DNA of 64,000 nucleotides from Thalia democratica (Eukaryota): NCBI GenBank assembly GCA_965202585.1, contig OZ241826.1, positions 25,854,001 to 25,918,000 of the forward strand, read 5' to 3'. Shown piece by piece: positions 36,701 to 48,390 of this stretch (position 1 is its first letter; each line of letters starts with the position of its first letter). The notes under the pieces were generated by a model. It saw only the letters and a program-made list of their open reading frames with translations, ran no database searches and was not told where the DNA came from. The position numbers and the translations under genes were made by a program.

Positions 36701-39700
36701 TATTTGTACTCAGCAGTTAAACAATGTTATCTTTACATTATATAGACATGTATTTGTGGGCAAAATACCTTAATAAGAAACCTTAAAAAGAATAATTAAC
36801 ATAGCTTTAAGAGAACGTTAAAAATATAATTATTAGTTTTTTAGCGTAAAAAACTGTAAAAAAAATTTAATAGCATATCACTAACAAACTCAGTGAAAAA
36901 TGCTTTTAAATAGCACTAAAGATAATTAAACCAAGAAAGATCTAATCACTAAATTAAATAAATATTTAACACCAATTAATATATAAACTTTAGATAACAT
37001 TTTTTGTTTTTTATAACTTCAGTCATAACACCTTACAGAAAATTTATTATTGTACAAGTTTATATAAAAAAATTCAGAAAGTAGTTCTAATCATAAAGCC
37101 GAAAACAATATGAAAATATTTTTCTTAACACTGCGTGTATAGTGTACTAACATACTTAAACTAAATTAAACGTCATTGTTTTAAACATAAACAAGTTCTA
37201 TAAATAAAATTAAAATAACGTTAACAATGCCTTGTTGTTTTAACTCAGTTTTTTTTGTTAGAAAACATAACAAGTAATACAGTTATAAAACAAGACTCAA
37301 GCCGAGAAATGAGCCGAAATCACGGATTGGCTTCTATCAGTTGCATGTTTCAAGGACACAATAAAATTCCCAATCTTTACAAAAGATAGGAGTTACATAA
37401 TAAAGTGTATACTAAAAACCATTACTGATTTCGAGCAAGTTTATCTTCTGCGGCTAACAAAGGTGTGAGTGAAAAAATGATTAATTTTGCATAATTTGCA
37501 AGTTTTTATGCATAGAACATGATAGTTTTCCCCTAGTTTGTTTTGTGTATTATGGGGTTTGCCTTGTAGCAAAAAGTATTTGTTATAGCTTTTGTGGAAA
37601 GTACCGTATAGCGTTGATTAAAACTTTATTTAATATTAACTGTTTAACGCATTAATTGGGACTTGACTTCTATTAAAGTTAATTATTCATCAATTAGATC
37701 TAATTAAAACATTTTGTTGATTTTGATTAAAAATATTTATCACTTAGTTAGTTAAAAGTTAAAAATTATAAAACTATTAGTCATATCATCAAAGAAAAGC
37801 AAAAAATTTAAAATGTTACTAAACGGGAATATATTTAAACTAGAATATAAATCTACTAGAACAGCTCATTAAATCAAATTTGAGCTTGTTTATTTTTAAA
37901 TAATAAATAAAACAATTGAGTTTAAGTTACTACAAAAAAAAACTACGACAAGCAAATTCAAAGCGAAAAAAGACATAACACTTTTAAATAATAACGATTA
38001 ACACAAATATAAATTTAGATGTGTTTAGTTATTGAGGATTTTTTATTCAGCTTAGGTATGTTCTCAACATGTTTTTGTTTTAAAAAGTATGTAAGTTAAA
38101 AAAATATAAACTGTTTAGAAGGTAATTGAAATTTATCTATTATATGGAAGTAGTTTACATTCGTTGTATTTATACTAGTGTAAAGAAGTTAGTGCATTTA
38201 AATTTAAAACATCTTTTAAAAACATCTATTACTTCGTACGTTTTGTATTTAAACTGATGATAGTAGTCTGTTATAACGTTTATTATTTTGTAAATGATAT
38301 AGAAATTATTTCCAAGATAGTTTTCTATAAATTAATAAATTGAAATAGTTATCTATATTCAACGCAACTTATTTTTATAGTATTAAATTTTATTACATTT
38401 CAATTTTAGAAATAATTGGTGTAGATAGGAAACATCAAAAGATATTGAATAAACTTAGCTTAAACTCTGAGTTATTAAGATTTAGTTTTAATGAGTCTAT
38501 ATAATTCTCAGAAAAGTAAATACAATCAATAAAGGTTTTTTAAACTAAAACTGAAACTTGATGCGTGTAGTTCATGTTAAAATTTTGACTAAAAAATTGT
38601 TCTTAGTGCTAGCTGTACTGCTGAGCAAACAAACAACTCAAAGTTTACAAGCACAAAAATAAAAAAAATAAAATGACATAGTGTTTTGTATATTTACTGT
38701 TTTTGGTATGAAAAGCGAAAACTCAATATATAAAAAGGATTTTCGTTTAATCAAAGGATTTTAAATTTCTACGAATAAAAGCGAACGTTATTACTTTAAT
38801 ATAAATTTATATTTATGATTATTTTATGTATTAACAATTATTTATTTGGTTTTATTAAGATCCTATTTTTTGAAGTTTAGAGATTTTGTAAACAAATTTT
38901 GAAGTTTAGTTTAAAAACGAACATCACTTTACATTTTAACATATTTTAGATTACTAATAGCACTGAAAATTAGCACTAAAATTGAAAGTTAATAAAGCAT
39001 ATTTTTCTTTTAAAAAATTTTTTCAAATTAAAAAAAGATAAATCAATTCTGGTTTCCATAAAGATTCAACAAAAACACATTTTGATACATAATTGATCAA
39101 ACTTGAATTTAAGTAAGAGGTTTAAACATTATGCAAATCAAAGCTAACAAGTTCAAAACTATTCTGTTGTTTAACGTTTTTTGTTGATATGCTTAAGCAA
39201 ATATGCTTCCTATTAAAACGACATATTTATGTTTATGCAGTTTTTTTATTTAAAAGAGCATTTTGTAACAAATTGGGTAAATAAAACTTTTAATAGACTT
39301 AACAAACCTTATTGTTTTCACAAACTTTAGGCTAACTTCACATATGCTTACTTTTTAAGTTTTATCTTTGAATTTAAAAGTGTTGCTGTTAACTTTATAT
39401 CAGTTGATCAATTGCACGTTTATACAAAACTTGAGTTTGACTGTTACTTAAGAGAACTAAGGTTAGAACAAGTGTTCTAAAAAAACGTCGTCAACTTAAA
39501 ATATAACTTTAAATACCTAGTTTATAAGTACTTATATGATAGATATTTTTAATAATGCTGTTTATTTTTTATTTTTTTATGTATAAAAAGTAAGCAAAGT
39601 GTTTTTTAGTTTTATTAAAACTATAACTAGCGTTGTACACAGTTAATTTTGTATAAAAATTGTTTGTCTTAAGAAGTTAGGACTCAATAAGTGTAAGTAA

Positions 39701-40296
39701 CTTATTATGATAAGTTTTGAATTAAAGACATTTATAGTTTAAAAATGTAAAGTATAGATTTTTGTTCAAAACTTAGATTAAAGTTATATGAGTCGCAAAA
39801 TATTGCTTGGCACTACTATTGTTTTTTTAAGTTATTTTAATACTATAGATATCATTTAATAAGTAAAGGTTTAAAGTTTTAAGTTTAGTATTGTTTTAAA
39901 AACTAAGTATTTTTTTTTTCTTCATTAAAAAACTATAATTAGAATAATAAATTGTTTTTCAGAGTAAGTATATTAGCTGTAAAAATAAAATATTTTTATA
40001 AAACTACTATAATTAGATTTTATTCAATTAGATTTTAAACACAATTGTAAAAAATACTAATAAAATATTTAACTACTAATAATTATTTTAAATTTTTTTC
40101 GAGTAAAAATTAGGCACCTTGAAAAGTTAACTTAAAATTAAAAACAAAGAAAATGAAGATCCTATAATTTATAAAAAAATAAGATTTATTCTGTTTTTTT
40201 AGACAATGTTTAGTTTTTGTTTGTTACAAGAAATCAACAAGATTTTTTTAAAGTTAAAAACTCTTAAAATATTACAATAAAGTTATTTTAGTACTT

Positions 40297-40462
40297 TATA
40301 TAAGCTGATAATCATGCGTTCGTGATGTGAAGTACGCAGGTTGATTAAATCACATTTTTGCGCATTTCCTTGTGAAATCATCAGTACTCAACACTGTATA
40401 TTACAGCTGACTGCTGTTTAATATCGTTTAATTGGATAACCAGTAGCAGTAACGTTTTAAGT
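40297..40462 (+). promoter_or_regulatory. Candidate promoter/5' region of the small secreted protein gene
   Basis: TATATAA at 40297-40303 followed by a locally GC/CpG-richer stretch up to the ATG. There is no transcript evidence. Confidence 0.25.
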
Positions 40463-41514
40463 ATGAAAGTGGTTTCAGTTTCATTGTTGGTGGTTCTCTG
40501 CGTTCAGCTGGCTTATTGTGGACTCTCAAAAGGTTTGTTGTTTTAATTAATAGTTTACTGTTATAGCTGTTTAGTATTTCAAATATTACAAACTGTTTTT
40601 GAACGAGTTTTTTTAATTTAATTGTAATATTTTTGTGGTCGTACTAATAAGTTTTGAGAAGTGGAGCTTTTTTTAATTAAAATATTTCATAAAAATCAAA
40701 AACACAATATATGTTTAAATAAAAGATGCGCAAATGTTTACCAAAAAAGCACAGTTTGAAAATTTTAAGACTTTTAAGCAATTTATACAAACTATAACTA
40801 TAATTTTTATTTTACAATATAACGTAAAAAAACACTTTTATGTGTTAACTAAAAAAATATTTATTTTTAAAGTAAGGACAAACACCAAGTTTATTTATTT
40901 TATCGTTAACCACTAGTCAAAAATTACATTTATGTGGTAACTAAAAAAAACTTATTAATTTTTTATACAGGACCATGCAAGGTAGCGGCAGAGCTTGCAA
41001 AAGCCAAGCACGAGGAAGAGTTCAAGAATCTTCCGGAGCCTGAAGATTTGGAAGACATCCCAGTTTGCGACAACAGTGGTTGGTATGCGCAGTTGCACTG
41101 CGGGTAAGCCCCAAATAAAAATACATAAATGCATAATTAGTTTATTTTATTATAAAACGTTTAGTAGGTATAAATGTATATGTATTGGTTTTTTATGTAG
41201 ATAAGTGAATGTTTCTTTTGTTACTTAAGCTAGAATTATTTTTTTGTTACTAAAGCATTTTTAGTTTGAGCATACTGTTGCATGAGATGACTCATGCAAA
41301 AGTTTAGTGCTTGACGGTTTTATTTACTACATATATCATCATTTAAATTTAAAACAGCAATTCGCGAATTAAAACAAAATAAGTTCACATGTTTTATTTA
41401 CTTTGAATATTATTTTGCAGTGTCAACTTGTGCTGCTGTTACAACAAGTTTACTGGAAAGAAACAATTCTGCAAGCCCATCGAGGACAGAAGCATCCGTT
41501 GTGATCAGCCCTAA
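40463..41514 (+). CDS. Small secreted Cys-rich protein (98 aa) with a divergent thyroglobulin type-1-like domain
   Basis: Exons 40463-40532, 40971-41103 and 41421-41514 (GT-AG, phases 1 and 2, 297 nt). Protein: MKVVSVSLLVVLCVQLAYCGLSKGPCKVAAELAKAKHEEEFKNLPEPEDLEDIPVCDNSGWYAQLHCGVNLCCCYNKFTGKKQFCKPIEDRSIRCDQP*. It has a hydrophobic signal peptide and a C...P-x-C-x3-G-x-Y...C...CxC...G pattern. The gene structure is well supported; the domain call is moderate. Confidence 0.85.
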
Positions 41515-41549
41515 GTGTTTAAAAAGTTTCTTTTTGTAAAAACTTGTTG

Positions 41550-41555
41550 AATAAA
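41550..41555 (+). terminator. Candidate polyadenylation signal of the small secreted protein gene
   Basis: AATAAA 36 nt after the TAA stop. The hexamer is common in this AT-rich DNA. Confidence 0.45.
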
Positions 41556-43434
41556 CAGTATTGTGATAAGTTACAGTTTTTTATGTATTATTTTTCAATA
41601 GTTAGTTAGATGTATAAAGTTACAAACACGTACACAAAATTAGTTTTGGAAGCAGCGTGGTATTTTTGTAAGTACACCAACATGATAATAAACTTTATTA
41701 GGTAATGTGTAACAACAAAAGTAAAACTGTAACGTTTTATAACTGATCAAAAAAGGTTTAAAAGATTGAGAAACGTTTGGAAAGTATGCAGCTAGTTTAG
41801 CGCAGTATTTGTAGCTAAAAAAAACTCAAATTATTTATTTTAAAATTAACAAAACTTTGATATTTTTTATATTTTATTTGATCATATTGTCGCTAACTAG
41901 TTCGAAAATTAAGATCAAAAGGTTAAAATCCGCATTTTTACCCACACATTAATATATATCTTACATTACTAACTTTCCTACAGTTTTTCAAGAATGTTAT
42001 TAAAATTTTAATAAAAAAGTTGAGTATAGTGTAACTTTTATTTTTATTTTTTGTAAAAGTTAAAATAGTTACATTATAAAACCAAATATTGATAACGACA
42101 ATCATTGTTTGATAAAAGCTTTACATTTACTAAACGGTGAATTAAAGTTATACTTTTAGTATTATACAGCTAAAAACATTTAACAATGACTAATATTAAC
42201 ATTTGTCGAGATCAATTTTTGTGTCATGTTTTATGTTAAACATTTCACACCAAGATTAAAAGGAAAAATAGCTTTTTTAAGCCAACATACACTTTAAACT
42301 ATCTTTTAAATACAATCAATCATTTATGTAGGATTAGAAAGTCATAAATTTTGAGTTTTATTTCCTATTTAAGTCATGCATCACTCAAAGCAAATCAAAT
42401 CCATCATTTTTCAACAAAATTTTGGTTTTACACTCTTCATATTATTAAGATTTCTATATTTGAAATGTGATGTAATGTGTTTTCAATTGAAGTTCATGAC
42501 TTGTTAAACTTAATTAGTAAAAGTTTTACTTTAACCATTTTTCTATTACTATTGATTTTTTATACCATTTAAAAAAACTAGCTATTACTGTTTTTTTTTT
42601 CGGAGGTCAAGTTTTACCACTATTATATCAAAAAAACATTTAGATCTTAACTGTCAAAATATTTAGATTTTAACAGTCAAAGTTATGGGACAATTTATTT
42701 CAAATAGTTCAATTTTTACTATGCATTGTAACATCAAGTTTCATTCCAACTTAAAAAATAAATAAGATCTGTGGTTTTTTTTTTGGTTTGTTCAAATAGA
42801 ATTATATTAATTTCGAGAATTATGTGTATAGGCTTGTAGTGAGTTTGCTTAACTTCTGTGAAAATTTCGGCGTAAAAAAACTCTCATATTTGTCCTTTAT
42901 TTACTAGCAAATGTCTGAATTAAAGTTTATTAACTTTTTACAGCTTTGATACTTTAAAGCTTTTATTTTTAATTCAAAAGCATTAATTTACCCTAAGTTT
43001 GAAATACGATAACGAGAGATTAAAGTTTGAGAGATTTAAAAGATTAAAAAGTTGCTGATGCTTTAGTTTTTATCTTGTTGCTGTGTTGCTGCAACCCGCT
43101 AGATTAGAATACGTCATAAAGAAACCGAAAATTCGTCCAGTTTAACCGGTGCAAAAAATATTCGATAGAAATATTTTTAACCGAAATCTATCTTTTCTGT
43201 GTGAACTTTAAAAAACTAGATTTAATCTAATGAGATTAAATTCTGTTATCAATTTTTAGACAAGTTTTAATCTTAATTGCTGACTTTTATATTTATGGAT
43301 TTAATTATGACATAATTGTTTTAAGTCGCCAACTTAATCAAACATTTAGTGTTCGTGATATAACAAACTTTTATGAAAAGTTTTTACTTTATTTCCAAAT
43401 AATATTGTGTTTTAAGTTTATTCTTATTTGTTGC

Positions 43435-43674
43435 AATCAACAAAATCGGCAAAAGTCTGCAGAACAAGTCCGGACTTTCGTTTGCCGTGAGACAAGCTCA
43501 AATTTAACAAAAGGGTTGATCATGCCAATTCGATCATCAGACCACAAGTTTCGGTAGACTGAGACCGGTTTCGTCCTTATTAGGACTCATCAGTCAGTCA
43601 CAACCGAAAAAATTGTAGTCGTCAATCTACAAACGGTTTATCATGCTTTCACATGAAGCAACCATTTCAACAAT
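43435..43674 (-). mobile_element. Short hammerhead-carrying retro-insertion (Penelope-like element fragment or non-LTR retrozyme-type unit)
   Basis: Flanked by the 14-bp direct repeat TTCTTATTTGTTGC (43421-43434 and 43675-43688). The paralogous site in copy C (~55905-55930, ...TTGTTGTTGCGGTTTTTGCC) is empty. There is no ORF and no poly(A) tail. The family assignment is inferred from the ribozyme type. Confidence 0.75.
43549..43609 (-). ncRNA. Minimal type I hammerhead ribozyme
   Basis: Minus strand: UUUCGGU-UGU-GACUGA-CUGAUGA-GUCC-UAAUAA-GGAC-GAAA-CCGG-UC^-UCAGUC-U-ACCGAAA. It has a perfect core (CUGAUGA, GAAA, GUC triplet), a 6-bp stem I plus a 7-bp extension, a 4-bp stem II and a palindromic ACCGGU stem III. 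Predicted cleavage is between 43563 and 43562. Confidence 0.88.
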
Positions 43675-46600
43675 TTCTTATTTGTTGCGGTTTTCAAAAA
43701 CACTAGCTAGTAAAATATACTTCTTTTTAATAGTTGTTTACCCAGGTTAATAAAAATAAACACATAAACTATCTTTGATACATTTCTGATATCTAAAATT
43801 ATATACCTTTACGTACTTTAGCACTTTTTAGTTCCTAAATCGCTTAACATCAACTTTTGATAACTCAAAATACACAACTTATTGTTATTAATAACTTGAT
43901 GATATTCGTTTCTTTACTATAATTTCAAAAAAAAAAAAAAAAAATGTTGATTAAATGATAAAAATTTTGAAGTAGTTTAGAGATTAATTTAAGTTTCTTA
44001 AGTTTTTGTAATTGCTACAGTCTCGTAAACACCTGTTAGCTGTTTGACAACTTCAAGGTTTTAATTAACAAGTTACCATGTTACCTTTAATTTAAAGTAG
44101 TGTTATGATGTTAGAATGTGGAACTTTAAACTTGCGTAATTGTAAAGAAGTCCTTTTGAAGTAATCAGTTTTGTGGAAAAAGAATTTTAGTAGATGTTAT
44201 ACGTTGAACAATTCTTTTTTTTTTATATTCTAAAAACAATCTAGAACTTTTCTTAAAGTTTGAACCTTAAGTAAATCTGCTTTAAATGAAAATTAAATAA
44301 AAAAAAACATTCTTTTTTGTTTTCTAGATGACAAAACAATACATAATTCTATATTTTCACTTATTGATTTTCACCATACAAAAGCAAATTCTAGATAGAA
44401 ATTTTTTAAAATATAAAGTACACCAATCAACCGCATAGACACTAGCAACTTAAGTGACCAAAACACAAAGTATTAAATTAGTTCACCAACAGTTGAACTT
44501 AGACCAACGCTACAAACAATGTAACAAAAACGTTTCGTTAGTGATATTTAACAAAATAACAGAGTATTTTCATTCAGCTATTGTTTGATGTTGCCGACCT
44601 TGATAACCGTTCCAAAACAAAGCATTACTGGTGTAATTAAACAGCGAATTATTACGTAAAAATTCGTTTGAACTTAATTTTTCTTAAATTCCTTAAAACT
44701 ACTCACGTGGTAAGTTTTTCAATATCACATGTTCTAATTTACCAATTGCTTTTACGTGATTGGACTATTAAGATTAATCCGCTATTGTAATTGGATAGAT
44801 CTAAGGACAATCAAGTGGTTGTTTTCAAAGGGACATTTAAAAAAGTATTTGAAAAAGCGTTTTTTATTCTTAATTCAATATCCGTACTAGTTTGTCTAGA
44901 TTACTTTTTTGCATAACCTTCTTTAAGTGTTGCATATTTTTCAATTTACAACCAACGGTTTTAAATTATGCTTGTAATAAATCTATAGTTATTAGAAGTT
45001 GTAAACATAAAAGCTAATTTAGTACCTGCATATGACATCATATTTATTTTTGCTAAAGTTAGTACTAAAAATTCGCGTCTGTTATAAAATTAGGTTATTT
45101 TGTCGGATTAGTCTGGAATTTTAACAGAAAGTCTGACCAAATTTACTTTCAATAGTGCACTTTGAAAAAATACTACGAGATTATTTGTCGCAAATTGTAA
45201 TAGTAGGTCTGTAGTAGTAATATGCTGAATACTATTTAAGTTGTAGTTTTTAAAACAAGTTGCTTTTAGTATAAAAATATATTTTTTTTTAGTTTACTAA
45301 AATACTTTGAATACATAAATCCCCAAGGCATACTTAAAATAAAAAAATGGAATAAAAGTATTTTAAATAGAATTTAATTTTTACGTTTAATATCAAATGT
45401 GGTATAAAACACGAAGAAAAAACATTGCTATTCTGATAATGATATTAAGAACAAGTATAAAACAGAATTGTGTAAGTAGAAGTTTATACTGTCAACGAGA
45501 ATACAATAACTTTTACATATTTAAACTCTGATCAAAACGTATACACGTTTAATTCTTTGCGGTTCAAAACTTCACAACATTGAATAAGATTTTTGCGTGA
45601 CAAAATATTTTAAAACTACATTTACCATGTTTTGAATTTTGTAAACTCAGATTTAAAAAAAACCTCTTTCGAGAAGGCTTATAGTTAGTTTAAATAAGGA
45701 TTGTACCATAAATGTAGTTATTATTGAAGCTGTCTACTTTTATAAAACCTTAAACTCATTGCCATCTGTAAGAGACAACACTCTAAAACCATTATTACGT
45801 AACATTACTGCAGATGAGTGCTTGTGTGAAGATCACTCGACACAGTCTGTTTAAAAAAAAAATTTTTTGCGTTATAAATTAGCTTTTTTTTTTTTTTTTT
45901 TATTTAGATAAAAGCAATTTTTTTATCATTTATTGGACTTTTTTTTAACTAAACTAAGTTATCTCTATCACAAAAAACTTCCATATAACTTTTGTAAAAT
46001 GATTTTCATTAACGTGTTTTTACTTAAACTACAAAGAAAGGAAGATGTTTAACAGTGTTGTTGAAAGGAAAGAAAATGTGTGTTGATAACGTCATAAATA
46101 AAATGTCTTTCTTGGAAATGTTGGCGTGCGTTGGTGTTGTAATTGCGAGGAAACTTTTTAATTATTCGTTTAAAAATACCAACGCATGTGTTACGTTTCC
46201 AAAAAAGTACTTTAAAACATAATATAACATATGTTTTATTAAGGTCACCAAAAAAAAATACTAGTTAAAGTTTAGACATGATTTTAGTTATGATTGTATA
46301 ATCATAAGTGTATAAACTAAAAACAATATAACTGACTTTTTCTTTTTATTATACTTTTTAATCTACTTTAAAAATCAATGACGTGATAAAGAAACTAATG
46401 GTTTAGAAAGCTTTGAAAAGCCGCTTTCTTACCTATTTGACATGTTTATTACTTGACAACCTCTAAAAATTCAACATTGCAGGTAATTTACAAGATATTT
46501 TTTCAGTTTATACGAAGTATTTCATTATTACGAAGTTTTCAAAATTTCATTCTTTACAGATGTGACTTATGTACTTCTGTTTAATAAAGCATAAAGTCTT

Positions 46601-47328
46601 TTGTGCTCTTGTTGTTATAGTAAATAATTGTTTATAAGATGTCATGTGAGTAGAAGTTTCTGCAACATAAACAACAAAACCAAGGGGTCTTAAGTACCGT
46701 TGAAACGAGCTAACAAGCATTTTCCTATTGTTAATTGTGATCTTGAAATTAGTAGTTTATATAAGCAGATGAAGAGAAAATAACCTTTTTAACCTAAACA
46801 ATGATAAGTTGATTTTACTCAGTTAAGTTGCTAGTGATATCAAATCTAATTCTATCGAGAAGTTGAAATAACACAATATTAACATATTTGGTATGCTTAC
46901 GATAGAGAAATTGTTTATAATAGTAGTTATGTATTTATTTTTTCAAGAGTTTATTTTACGAACTAAGTTTCGGTAAAAGACCTCGTAAGTGCTTAAATAA
47001 AAAATCTAAACTGATATGTAACAGTCATGAAAAACAGTATTTAAAAAAGAACAGTAGTTGAGATCTCTTTATTTGTTTTCTTAAAGTCAAAACATATAAT
47101 ATAGTAGTAGTTATATAAGTTTAAGGTTGTTCGAACTTTTTTTTTGTAAATTAAACTAGAAAAACTTAATAACACATAAATCTTAAACCTTTATAGCTTG
47201 GTAATTTTTTTTTTCCAAATGTTCTTTTTTTTGTTCTATTTTACTTACTCGAGCGAATTATCAAGTATGTCTATTTTTATGGTTTATAGTTTAACTTTAA
47301 AAAAAGTACTAAATCAACATGAAACATG

Positions 47329-47370
47329 TTTTATGACGTAACAAATCTATCGTTTTGTTACGTCATAAAA
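47329..47370. repeat. Perfect 17-bp inverted repeat (hairpin)
   Basis: TTTTATGACGTAACAAA-tctatcgt-TTTGTTACGTCATAAAA. Confidence 0.85.
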
Positions 47371-48194
47371 AGTTATCTAAATGTGGTATTTACCTGGCCT
47401 CAGAATCATTTAAAAGACTTTTTAAAGGAAGTTATATACTTTAGATAATAAAAAAATATAAAAAAAATGTTTTAAACAAAAATGACATCACCAGGAAAAA
47501 CTTTTTGCTAAGTTCTAAAATAATTTTCTGTACACAAAAGTTACATTATTTACCCGGACTTCAGAAAGCTATTGTATGAACAACAGTCCTTCAGAACTAA
47601 CTTCTGATTTCGATTATCCGTCACACCAATAAGGACAAACTTATTCGGCTGAAGAACAATGTAGATGGCAGTTTGGCAACAAAACACAAATTTGCAATCA
47701 TAAATACAAACATGGTCTTGTTAGTATAGTTTTTTTATGAAAACAAGTAAATGAAACACATACTATTTACTTAAAGATTTTTATAGTCTTAACAATTCTT
47801 TATGATCTTTACCAGCTACGCTAAGTCATTACCCAATAATGCTAACTTAACAAGCTAATTAAAGTACTTTAAACTTATTATTTGCTTTTTAAACGAAAGA
47901 GGCCTTTAAAAGGTATTACAAAACAGACAAGCAAACAAAATTGTAATTTTACTTGTCTATTTTTTTAAACGAGTTTTAAGAAGCTTATAACGAATTTAGA
48001 TCAAATTAATTAAAAGCAATCAACAGGTAAAACGTATTGAACTGATAAAAAAGTTTAGTAAAAGCAAATTTGATACTTAACGCTAATTTTTTTATTCTTA
48101 AAGTAAGATTTCGAAGAAAATAAATAAAAAAAGTTTTCTTTAAATGAGAAATCTTAAACTTCATTTGCTTTTAAAGTAAAAACATCCTTTAAAG

Positions 48195-48390
48195 CATTGC
48201 TTCTGAAATAGGGTTCCGCGTTACCCTAGGGTCTCGCGACGCCTATCAGGGGCTCCGCGAAGCTTTTCGAAATTAAAAAAAGAACATTAATTTAATTAAA
48301 CATTTTATGTAAAATTAAAATTAGGGGTTCCGCGGAAAAGTTGAACTTTGGAAAAGGGTTCCGCCACTAGAAAAAGGTTCAAAAGCACTG
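48195..48390. mobile_element. hAT-superfamily MITE
   Basis: 8-bp TSD CTTTAAAG on both sides (48187-48194, 48391-48398); imperfect TIRs CATTGCTTCTGAAA / CAGTGCTTTTGAAC; internal GGGGTTCCGCG subterminal repeats. Confidence 0.85.

Noticed and set aside
37290-37600. GC-richer patch with CCAAT- and octamer-like motifs between the two intact genes
   Set aside because: Short motifs only, with no paralog or structural support; not reportable without chromatin data.
40995-41204. ORF-track protein MQKPSTRKSS...
   Set aside because: Out-of-frame shadow of exon 2 of the secreted microprotein gene, running into the intron.
43440-43540. Possible second hammerhead in the insertion (extra CUGAUGA at ~43533-43539 and GAAAGUCCGGACUU at ~43466-43479 on the minus strand)
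   Set aside because: The CUGAUGA is not followed by a stem II closing onto GAAA, and the GAAA segment lacks an adjacent core. These are at best degenerate pieces.
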